The notes beneath the pieces are model-generated. The model searched no databases, had not been told where the DNA came from, and saw only the letters and a list, made by a program, of their open reading frames with translations. Below are positions 19,668-29,200 of a DNA stretch of 64,000 nucleotides, one piece after another. The first letter of the stretch is position 1. Every line of letters begins with the position of its first letter. The stretch spans positions 32,001 through 96,000 of the IMG/VR virus record IMGVR_UViG_3300036893_000013. The stretch is one strand, 5' to 3'. The position numbers and the translations under genes are program-made. Source of the stretch: a virus.

Positions 19668-20884
19668 TAATGAATAGAACCACCTGAAATTTTTCCGTAA
19701 AGGCCACTATTAGTGGTGGCAGTGTTGATGGTATAAGCCCCATAAGAACTTACCGTTGAATCTGAAAGTGTACTTGTGCCTGCCACTACGTTAAGAGTAG
19801 TCACAGTACTATTGATAGTTATGGTATTACTTGATCCCGAAAGAGAGGTGCCGGTACTGCATCCGGTTCCCGCGCCGTTTGTTACTGGAGTTGTGCCATT
19901 CTCCGTATAACACATAATTGTAGTTCCAGAATTTGAGTTAGAACAGGTAACTGTTATGGAAGAACTTGAGACACCAGACCCGGGAGTACAGGTAGGAGCA
20001 GTTGCATTTCCACCGCTGTTCACGGTGTAACTGAAGTTATAAACCCAAAGAGGTCCGACTGTATTTCCATCAGTTCCAGCCGTAAGACCCACATAAGCTG
20101 TGTTCATGCTGCCGACGATTGACGGAATGTTAACGCTAGTCCATACATTATGAAAGCAAGTCGAAGAAGAGGTTGGAGTACACGTTCCTCCAGCAGTAAT
20201 ATCATAGAGATTTAGAGTGAAATTTGAACCATCATAAATAACTGTGGCCGAATAAGTGTCTCCAGTCGTGGTGTTAACGGTCGTGGCTGGAGAATTTAAT
20301 GGTACCGGAGAGGTACTGATCTTACTAGGAGTGTAGTCCGAGTTATACGGAGGAATACAAGGAGACTGACTAGCTTGATAAATCTGAGCACTGCTGTAAC
20401 TGAATGGAAAGGGCCACACAGCACTAGATGACAGTGTACTGATCTGATCGAGTTCTAGAGCAAAAACATTATTAGGTTCGGGAGGTACGAAAGCTTGATA
20501 AAATCCACCTTCGCATCCGGCCCCGGCAACGAAGGTCTGTCCTTGTGCTCCTCCCAGATTGTTCGTATTGTTCAGAGTGAAAGCAATATTGACACCGTTT
20601 GGTACGAAGGTAAAAGTAGAGGTAAAAGCTTGTACATTAACGGCGTAGTAATAAATCAAACTTGAAGACCCATGCCCGGCTCCGTTAGGCTGCAAAAGAA
20701 TATTACTACTTGAAACACTTGAATCTGAGTTATTGAAAAACTGGAAACCCGGATTTCCATATTGCTGTACACTACACGTTCCAGATGTCGCAGCAATCCA
20801 GTTTCCTTGTGTGCAACTGAATATTGACTGCGCCGAAACAAGGGAACTGAAGCAAATAATGCCAAGAATGAGTAGTATTTTCAT
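19667..20884 (-). CDS. Secreted legume-lectin-like protein with C-terminal Fn3-associated (chitobiase C-terminal-like) domain
   Basis: Signal peptide MKILLILGIICFSSLVSA|Q; AFTSTFTF, FALELD, ATVIYDG, AYVGLTAGT; MCYTENGTTP. Confidence 0.75.
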   Translation of the reverse strand: MKILLILGIICFSSLVSAQSIFSCTQGNWIAATSGTCSVQQYGNPGFQFFNNSDSSVSSSNILLQPNGAGHGSSSLIYYYAVNVQAFTSTFTFVPNGVNIAFTLNNTNNLGGAQGQTFVAGAGCEGGFYQAFVPPEPNNVFALELDQISTLSSSAVWPFPFSYSSAQIYQASQSPCIPPYNSDYTPSKISTSPVPLNSPATTVNTTTGDTYSATVIYDGSNFTLNLYDITAGGTCTPTSSSTCFHNVWTSVNIPSIVGSMNTAYVGLTAGTDGNTVGPLWVYNFSYTVNSGGNATAPTCTPGSGVSSSSITVTCSNSNSGTTIMCYTENGTTPVTNGAGTGCSTGTSLSGSSNTITINSTVTTLNVVAGTSTLSDSTVSSYGAYTINTATTNSGLYGKISGGSIH

Positions 20885-22309
20885 TTACTGTATTGTTGTG
20901 CCAGAATTATATACATCACCGGAGTTAAATGCACTAGCAGAGACACACCCGGGGGTTACAAGTCCGGTTGGTAAATTGGTGGAACATAGCCACTGCGGAT
21001 AGAGCGGATCATACCGACTAGTATTTGAGACTGTCTGATAGCCGTATGCTGCTGCTACAGAAGTTGGGGTAAAATTAGAAATTAGTGTAGCCATACACGC
21101 TACGGTACTCGCATACGAAGAACAAGATGGTGCTCCCGGAACTGTTGGATTACTAAACGAAACGGCTGTTCCGATGGTATTATTAGGACCATAAGCAAAT
21201 GATCCTGAAGTATAAATTATAGTATTGTTTCCACTTACTCCCGAAGCATATGTGCTGTACAAATGATCGGTCGCATTTCCGTTGCCGACAGCCATCGCGT
21301 AGATCGCATTACCACCAAGACCCGTAGCTGTCGATGTCTGGAGAAGGTTGTTCCAAGCCTGCACATTGTAAGCTGAATAAAGAAATAGTTCTCCAACATC
21401 TGTGCGATTTTGATGTGTATCCCGAAGATTACCCCAAGAGGTATTGTAAAGCATATACACATTACCTAGCGAAGAACCCACTGAATTATAAGGCACTTCA
21501 AGGCCGCTGCTGCCGTTCCCTACAGTAATATTGTTTTGTACAACGACTTGTTGAGAATATGGAGTACCACTCGACTGGGAATAATCTAATGAATCTACGA
21601 TAATTCCTTCTCCATCTGTTGAACCTCCTCCATTACAGGTGGCAGGATCATAGTTGGCATAAGAAAAATTACCCGCAATATAGATATGAGTGCCGGGACT
21701 GGTGTCTTTAGCAAGAGGTTGATAGACACTTATACCACTATAACAGGCAGTATTTCCCTGAGCAGCGTTATAAACTATATCCCCTACAATTGCAATGTAA
21801 TCTACCGAGTAGCTAGTACCGTCATTAAATGTGGAAAATCCACCTCCAATACAGCCGTTAGCTATATCGTCAACAAAGGCAACATCGTACACTTCTGAAG
21901 GTGTAGTTTGATTAGGGGAGGCCATAAAGCATCCTATGTATTGCTGAGGAGCAGAAGAACCCTGAACTTCCCACCCAGCAATCATCCAATGCGGCTTATC
22001 TACCCAGAAGTAGCCCGTAGAACCACTAATGATACAGGCATCAAAGGTGGTACATTTAAGAGTGGCAAAACAGTGGCCTGACCCAGTAACCGCGCCCCAT
22101 TCCCCTTGCCAGAAGTTCCACCCGCTATACGAAGAAGAAGCAGCGGCTGTGATTATATCACCACAATTAACGGCATGGTTTGGACTGAGCCAAGGTGTTC
22201 CGGTAGAGGTTCCGTTATTTGAGTCACTTCCCGACGGCGACAGATAGTAGTTTGTCGCAAAACAGGGAATGGCAAACAGAGATATAAATATTAGAAGATA
22301 TCTTATCAT
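20885..22309 (-). CDS. Secreted right-handed beta-helix (pectin-lyase-like) protein
   Basis: Start MIRYLLIFISLFAIPCFA|TNYYLSPSGSDSNNG...PW; TDGEGIIVD, NNITVGNG repeats; TAATG-coupled start at 22309. Confidence 0.75.
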   Translation of the reverse strand: MIRYLLIFISLFAIPCFATNYYLSPSGSDSNNGTSTGTPWLSPNHAVNCGDIITAAASSSYSGWNFWQGEWGAVTGSGHCFATLKCTTFDACIISGSTGYFWVDKPHWMIAGWEVQGSSAPQQYIGCFMASPNQTTPSEVYDVAFVDDIANGCIGGGFSTFNDGTSYSVDYIAIVGDIVYNAAQGNTACYSGISVYQPLAKDTSPGTHIYIAGNFSYANYDPATCNGGGSTDGEGIIVDSLDYSQSSGTPYSQQVVVQNNITVGNGSSGLEVPYNSVGSSLGNVYMLYNTSWGNLRDTHQNRTDVGELFLYSAYNVQAWNNLLQTSTATGLGGNAIYAMAVGNGNATDHLYSTYASGVSGNNTIIYTSGSFAYGPNNTIGTAVSFSNPTVPGAPSCSSYASTVACMATLISNFTPTSVAAAYGYQTVSNTSRYDPLYPQWLCSTNLPTGLVTPGCVSASAFNSGDVYNSGTTIQ

Positions 22310-24504
22310 TAGTTGTGCGCCATCATTCCAATCTGGTTGCCTGACCCCCACGATGCTGTTGGAATAGTGATTGTTGACGGTAGTTGCCCGTTTGTGGATG
22401 TTTGACTTACAGGCTGACTGGCATTATATGGGGTGAAACCTTTCCACTCTTCGTCAAGATTAAGAACAGTGGCATTTCCGGTTACCGCCATATAATAATA
22501 CTGACCGGCTGCTGGAGCAGTTAAAGTTACAGGGGAAGATTGGGTAATTGCCTGATCCCATTGACCAGTATGAGTTATGGCTACACCTTGAGAACCGGAA
22601 CCAATATCAGCAACTAGAGGGCAACTTGTTCCACCTAGAGCACAAGGACCATAAATACCTATGTCGTAGTAATGTCCAGAAGTAGTGTCATCAGTAGAAA
22701 CTTGGAAATCTAGATAAGAAATTTTCTGAGCGGTCGCTGGCCCGTTTACGATTACCCAAGTATAAACAGTTCCAGCAGTTCCTACTCCGAAACTTCCCTG
22801 ACTGGTTGAACCCATTGAAATGGGCCAGATAGAAGCAGAAGTGGAACTTCCGCTAGCACAGTTTGCCACATAAGCATCTGTTGCAATATCAGTGTTACTT
22901 GCACAAGATTGTGTCGGAGCGGTAGGAGTTCCTGTAAGAGCAGGAGAAGCAGCAAGTACAACGTTGCCAGTACCAGTACTTGATACATACCCAATTGCCG
23001 ACCATCCGCTAGATGGAGTACCTGCGGTCATGAACTGGGTTCCGGAAGGAGCAGTTGTACTCGGTTGCCATCCGTAAGCAGTAGCAGAAGTCGAGGAGAA
23101 TCCACCAATAGCGAAGTCGTGTGTAGGGATAGTTTGATTTGTAGTGTTACCACCTAAATACATCATACCGGCATCTCCAGAAGGGGGAGCAGAACCAATT
23201 GGTCCAGCGGAAGCTGTAATACCTCCGCTACCGGCGTATGTTAAGGTATTAGCAGTTGTTGCCCCATCATCGAGGTTAGAATCCCCACTAACCGTGCTAC
23301 CAGTTGACGAATACCATGTAATATGACCAGCATTTCCACTACTAACCGTGCCCCCGCCTCCCACAAAAGTACATGTGGATATTGCACTAGAAGGAGTTCC
23401 GCAGCTTAAAAGTGGTGTCGAATTGGTGGGTCCAGTAGCTGGTAGCTGGAGAGCATAAGCTGTAAAAGAAGCTGACGAGGGTCCCATAAATCCAGTGGTA
23501 TTCGAAGTAACGGCCTGATTTGCTGTATTGCCTATAAGAGAAATATATCCAGAATGCACACCGTCTGAAGTCGCTGAAACACCAGAACTAAAAGCCGCAG
23601 AAGTACCAGTAAGTGCTCCGGTTAAAGTGCCTCCTGTAAGAGGAAGATCGAGAGTGGCACTGTTAGCCACACACGAGGCGCAAGTACCAGTTAAGTTGGT
23701 AATTACTCCGGAAGCGGGAGTTCCTAACGCAGGAGTGATAAGGGTAAGATTGGTTGCACTCAATCCACTAGGAAGAGTTGTGCTTTCGGAGGGAACTCCG
23801 CTGCCGTTAGTACTTACAACTGCATTATTTACAGGAGTAACTCCAGCCAAAGCCGAAGTAGTACCTGCGCTATATACGATTGAATTAGTAGCTAAGTTAG
23901 CAAGAGTACCGAGATTTGCTGCTGTTGCTGCGGTTGGACCCGCACTTGTTGAATCAAATTGAAATCCGGAAATAGCCGATCCACCTACTTGAGATACTGT
24001 TCCTGTTTGTGTATACCACGTAACATCGTATTGGGGTTCAGCGGTTACTGTTCCTGATCCGGAAGGAGTTTGGCAAGCTCCATCTCCTCTGAGATACGTA
24101 GAGGAACTACAAGTTCCCGACCATAACCCATACACATCCGCTGCGACTGCTATAGAAGGTACACCGGTAGTTGTAGTATTTTTTAAAATACCTGTTCCAA
24201 GGCCGGACAGAAGGGTTCCGTTAATACCTTTTACAGTAGTAGCACCCCCTGTAGAAGTACTGACAGCATCGCCAGTAAGGGCATTGAAGGTACCACTTCC
24301 ACCAAAAGCTGTCCATGTGTTTGTTGCAGAACAGTAGTATGGAGATTCAATCCCACCAGAAAGCAGGTAGAAATTAATCACAGGACTACTAACCGAGCAA
24401 GTCGCGGGGAGACTAGAACCACTACCGTAACTTACAACTCCGCTTTGTGGTCCCGTCTGCGCGAGAGCGGGGAGTGCGAAAAATAAAAATAAGAGTTTTT
24501 TCAT
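22309..24504 (-). CDS. Signal-peptide-bearing tail-fibre-like protein
   Basis: MKKLLFLFFALPALA|Q; fibre motifs LTGDAV, LPLTGGTLTG, TPALGTP, SPALTGTPTAPT...IATDAYV. Confidence 0.7.
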   Translation of the reverse strand: MKKLLFLFFALPALAQTGPQSGVVSYGSGSSLPATCSVSSPVINFYLLSGGIESPYYCSATNTWTAFGGSGTFNALTGDAVSTSTGGATTVKGINGTLLSGLGTGILKNTTTTGVPSIAVAADVYGLWSGTCSSSTYLRGDGACQTPSGSGTVTAEPQYDVTWYTQTGTVSQVGGSAISGFQFDSTSAGPTAATAANLGTLANLATNSIVYSAGTTSALAGVTPVNNAVVSTNGSGVPSESTTLPSGLSATNLTLITPALGTPASGVITNLTGTCASCVANSATLDLPLTGGTLTGALTGTSAAFSSGVSATSDGVHSGYISLIGNTANQAVTSNTTGFMGPSSASFTAYALQLPATGPTNSTPLLSCGTPSSAISTCTFVGGGGTVSSGNAGHITWYSSTGSTVSGDSNLDDGATTANTLTYAGSGGITASAGPIGSAPPSGDAGMMYLGGNTTNQTIPTHDFAIGGFSSTSATAYGWQPSTTAPSGTQFMTAGTPSSGWSAIGYVSSTGTGNVVLAASPALTGTPTAPTQSCASNTDIATDAYVANCASGSSTSASIWPISMGSTSQGSFGVGTAGTVYTWVIVNGPATAQKISYLDFQVSTDDTTSGHYYDIGIYGPCALGGTSCPLVADIGSGSQGVAITHTGQWDQAITQSSPVTLTAPAAGQYYYMAVTGNATVLNLDEEWKGFTPYNASQPVSQTSTNGQLPSTITIPTASWGSGNQIGMMAHN

Positions 24505-24507
24505 ATT

Positions 24508-25617
24508 TTAGTATCCGTAGTAATAGCCGTAATTAAAGGGACTTGCAGGACCAACAGGATAGAACGGACCTAAAACAGAATCTCCGGACATTTGCGTATC
24601 GGGGAAAATACTCCATGCCTGTTCTTCCCTCTCTCCTGCTCTTATAGCTTGCTCAATTTGTTCATGCCACATCTGATTCTGCATAGCTGCGCGGGGGGAA
24701 TTAGCATGTTGAAGGCATTTAGCAACAAATCCTTCCCGGAAAAGATAAGCTAAATCATCTGGAACTGGAGAAATAGTCTGGTCTAAATACTTGAATCTAG
24801 GTGCTCTACGTTGGTAAACAATCCAAAATAACCAAGTAAATCCGCCTTCAGCAGGCAGAGGATTTACTCTTATAGCAAAGCCATTAGGATTAGCTACTGT
24901 CCAAGTAAGAGTACCGTCAGGTACCGTAGTACCCGGGGGCGAGGCGGGAGGAAGTTCCGGAGCAGTAGAACCCGAAGTTCCAAAATTAGCACCCGTACTG
25001 TTATAGGGATTAGGTGTCGGTAAAGGAATATTAGTCCCTTGATATCCTTGAACATTAGGAGTAAGGCCCATGATAGAAGTGTCTAGGAATAGCATGTTCC
25101 CATTAGCATCTACGATTTGTTGAATAGGAGTTTGCGGAGAACCAGAAGTACCATATCCGCAGTTGTATACTGTATTAGCAGTCCAAGTACCAAAATTACA
25201 CTGGTTATTAGGTATAAAGCATACTATACTGGGATTTCCCTGATAAGGAGTAAGTCCCATGTCTCTATTAGTTTCCATAAGAAACAGTGGTTTTGGACAG
25301 AGATTGCCTGTATTAGTGTTATTATTGATATCAATTCTAAATGCTGACGTTAGCCAGCCCACGTCAGTTAGATTAGTAATATAGTCTTGCTGTAGAGAAT
25401 TAGATAAGAATAAGGGAACATAAGACGCATTCCATCTCCAATTCAAACCTTGCGATAGAATTTTTTGAAGAACATCGTTAGCGAAGGTCAGCGCTGGTTC
25501 AAAAGTATAGCCACCCGCAGGAAGAATTGGATTACACTCAGAAAAACTTCTAGCATAATCAACTACTTCCTGTAGGGTTATAGAGCTAGGTGGAACTAGA
25601 TTTGGAAGAACAGGCAT
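24508..25617 (-). CDS. Head-tail adaptor/ring protein, paralog 1 (with inserted module)
   Basis: WRWN, QQDY, IRVNPLP, YQ..AP.F..LDQT.SP.PD; shares motifs with 35913-36647. Confidence 0.6.
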   Translation of the reverse strand: MPVLPNLVPPSSITLQEVVDYARSFSECNPILPAGGYTFEPALTFANDVLQKILSQGLNWRWNASYVPLFLSNSLQQDYITNLTDVGWLTSAFRIDINNNTNTGNLCPKPLFLMETNRDMGLTPYQGNPSIVCFIPNNQCNFGTWTANTVYNCGYGTSGSPQTPIQQIVDANGNMLFLDTSIMGLTPNVQGYQGTNIPLPTPNPYNSTGANFGTSGSTAPELPPASPPGTTVPDGTLTWTVANPNGFAIRVNPLPAEGGFTWLFWIVYQRRAPRFKYLDQTISPVPDDLAYLFREGFVAKCLQHANSPRAAMQNQMWHEQIEQAIRAGEREEQAWSIFPDTQMSGDSVLGPFYPVGPASPFNYGYYYGY

Positions 25618-25625
25618 GGGTTTCC

Positions 25626-26297
25626 TTAATTAATCACTGAACCTGTCAGGTTTTGTGGAGTGGGTGGAGTTGGTATAGAGGGGGCAGTAGCCACGACAAC
25701 TGAAAAGGTATTACTAGGGGCACTTTGCGTACCCGCCGCGTCAACTGAAACTACGTAGTAATCATATGTAGTCGAAGCATCGATTGTTTTATCAGTATAG
25801 GTTGTAGTTTGTATAGCTGTTGGTGTCAGTTGTATTGCTGACCCTCCAGCAACAGATCGAAATACAAGGTACCCAGTTACAGCCGGAGTGCTAGTAGTAG
25901 GAGCTTGCCATACGAGTGATACACCACAAGCCGGATTAGGATCAGTAGCACAGAACAGAGCGGGAGTTACTGGAGTTACTGGGGTTACTGGAGGCGTTGT
26001 TCCCGCAGCATTGACCGTCAGCGTCAATTTCGTCGTCGTATAAACACCAGCCGTGGGCGTGGCCTGCTGAACCTCGATATTATAGGTTCCTGCTGCCGTT
26101 GGAGTACCTGAAAGAATTCCAGTGGTGTTATCGTAACTTAATCCGTCTGCTGATATCTCCTGTATACCGTTAATTGTGACCAGATAACCGCCGTTTGAAA
26201 CAGGTGCCGCAATAGCCTGACTGAAAGGTACCCCTACAGTTGCGGTTGTGGTTTGAGCGTAAACAGTAGATGCCAGCAAAAATAGTATTAGTTTCAT
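25626..26297 (-). CDS. Secreted He_PIG/Ig-like plus fibronectin type III protein
   Basis: MKLILFLLASTVYA|Q; GLSYDNTTGILSGTPTAAGTY; VSLVW...GYLVFRS...TYDYYVVSVD...SAPSN. Confidence 0.8.
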   Translation of the reverse strand: MKLILFLLASTVYAQTTTATVGVPFSQAIAAPVSNGGYLVTINGIQEISADGLSYDNTTGILSGTPTAAGTYNIEVQQATPTAGVYTTTKLTLTVNAAGTTPPVTPVTPVTPALFCATDPNPACGVSLVWQAPTTSTPAVTGYLVFRSVAGGSAIQLTPTAIQTTTYTDKTIDASTTYDYYVVSVDAAGTQSAPSNTFSVVVATAPSIPTPPTPQNLTGSVIN

Positions 26298-29200
26298 TTT
26301 AATTGTACCTGTTTGGCGATTAAGTTCCCACTCAGTCCAATTGGTGGAGGAAGCGGTACTGAGCTAAAGTTAGCTGTAAACGTAGAAGCTTGATTTAAAG
26401 AGAATTGAGGACATGGATTTATTGTGCCTACGCAAACAGCACTACCTGATGCCCCGGACCACCCTGAAAAAGCATATCCCGGATTAGCCACTGGAGTGCA
26501 TGGTCCGATCAATGTACCAGAAACATAAGAAGCTGTAGCACAATTTGTACCTGTAATATATCCGTTCGAAGCTATGGTAGTCAGGGAAACTCCGCTAGTA
26601 ATTACCCATGTTCCACCTTCAACTGCTGAAGAAGTATATCCGGCTTGACATGCAATTACCCTCATCGTGGTTGTTGTTGAAAATGACTGTGCAGCATACG
26701 CAGGACTAGAACAGGTTGGTGCTGAGCCATCTAAAGTCATGAACATAGAGCAACCAGAAGTTGGAGAAGTCCAACTTACTGAAACAGGAGGAGTAGAGTA
26801 AGTGCCTGAATAGTTCGGTGGGTTTTGATAAGGATTCCCGCAAGTAGAAGTACCTCCCGTAAAAGTTGCAGTTACGGTGGTTGCAGTTGTCAAAACAAAC
26901 GAAGGACATGGATTTGTTGTTCCACTGCAAGCAGCATTGCCAGATACCGTCCATCCTGCAAAGGTTGATCCACCGGTGGCTGTTGCTGTCAAAGGACCTA
27001 TAGTTGTACCTGATGTATAAGAACCTGTTAAAGAATTTGTACCAGTAATTGTGCCTGTTCCAGACCCAGAAGTTGAAACAGTTAAACTTACTAATGTACT
27101 TCCTCCAATAAGTGGATGTGGATACTGGGCAGGAATATATGCAATAGTCCAAGTATTTGTAGAGGTACATTTGAACAACTCACCTTGTCCAAACCCATTG
27201 CCACTGCTATTCCAGTTCCCCTGATCTGTCGCCCAGTACCCTACGCCTGTAGTGCAGCTAGAGGGCCGATTCGCTAATGCACCAAACCCAACACCGCATG
27301 TGTAATTTCCGGACCCTGCGTTACAAGTTGTTGAACCATTAAATGGAACTGTTGTTGAAGTTTGTGCTGTTGGACCGGAGAGGCCCCCAGCCTTCCAATC
27401 GTCGGTGTAGAAATCACGATTTTGGATGGTCTGTCCAGCATAATTAGTCCCGAATTGTTGACCTAGAAATGAGGCGGGGGTAATGGTATCATCCCATTCA
27501 TAAGCAGGATCAAGCACTTCGTTCATCGGCGCGGTTGGAGTTGGTACTGCCGCTCCTGAAATATAAGCCCCTTGCCCTCTTCCCCACTGATCTTCGCAAA
27601 CCGTGGCCCGGATGATCTTATAAGTATCTCCGGGATTGTAAGAGGCCCCGTTGTTGATTTCGGCGTACATCGTCAGGGTGTTGTTAGTGTTGGATGTGAT
27701 CTGCGCACCGAAGCTTTGCGTTGTATCGTAGAAGAAATAAGGTGCGCCATAAGGTGCCCACTGATTAGTTGTCCAACTCTTCGACGTATCGGTAATCGTT
27801 GTTGTCCCGCCCCCAGTCAGCGTGCTTGAGACATAAGTCACATTGTCCACGGTATCGCCGGGATCGATTGAGGTCAATCCACCGCATGTTCCGAAAAAGG
27901 GGTTAGCTAGAGCAATACGGTAGGTCGTACCGTCCATGATCTGGTTAAAGTAAGCTCCACCTGAACTAATACCGGTATTACCAAATGCAATCCCTGTACC
28001 ACCCCTGAATGAGACAACAGCATCACCGCAATTTAAGGTACAAGTAAGCACATTTCCGTATGTTTCTGTATGTCTTCCAGACCTCGGTCTGCCAGTCGAA
28101 TCTGTTCCGTGAACGGCTGTATAAGCAAAAGCGTTGTAACCTATCGAATGATTAAAGCGATTTACGACTCGGCATCCACCACTTTGGTTAACTGTGATAC
28201 CAGCTTCGGTGCAATCATTGAATGTGGAACCATTTAAATTAACCTGATTATTTTCTGCAAACCAGTTAGTCAATCCGCCGAAACTATCTGGTTGTGCCCA
28301 TGAGTTATCGCCAAACTGTCCCACCCCGAGATAGGAGGACATCTGTGCGGTGTAAAGATGGTTTGAAAGACTACCTGTTGGGAGGGTGGAGTGATCTACA
28401 ACTCCAATGGCATCATCCACTCGGATCATGTCCACTGTGTTATCGCCGTTGCCGGATTCAGTCCACTGCGTTGAAATGCCAAAACCGATGTTATCAACAC
28501 GCACTTGAGGAAATCCGGCAGAAGTGGATGTTCCCTCGATAAATACCACTCCACCCAAACTCGTAGAACCGTTGATTGGGTCCAGATTCATACTCTCAAG
28601 TTTCGTTACATTACTAGTTCCATTATATGTAGGCTGAAGGAACCAGATAGGACCACTCGGATTGTTGGATTTTATCGTTAGAGTATTAGAACCTGATCCA
28701 AATGTTGATGTGCCTGTATTAGCACCTGCGTTTGGACCAGTAATATCAATTGAAGCTGTTACTACTACATCAGTTGTCCACGTACAGGTGCCCGCAGGAA
28801 TTGAAATAATATCTCCATTACAAGCAATATGGGCCGGTCCATTGATAGCTGAGTTGACATCGGATTGGTTGCAAGATGCAGCCGTGTAATTACCACATCC
28901 TGTAGAAGTACCGCTGGCACTGAGAGTTGCATTTGAACTTAGTGTGCAGGAAGCTGTCCCCGTTCCTGAAACCCCGCTACAAGACCCAGTACCAGACCAC
29001 CCAGAACTGAACGTATACCCAGCACTTGGCGTAAACGTGCATGGTCCAATAGAAGTTCCTGAAGCATATGTTCCAGTTGCACAATTAGCACCCGAAATTG
29101 TACCGTTGGTTGCGGTTACCACCAATGAATAATTAGTAGGTGTAGAGCCAGTACTTACAAAAGTAGTGATGCTTTGTGCAGGTATCGTGTAGGTGAATGA

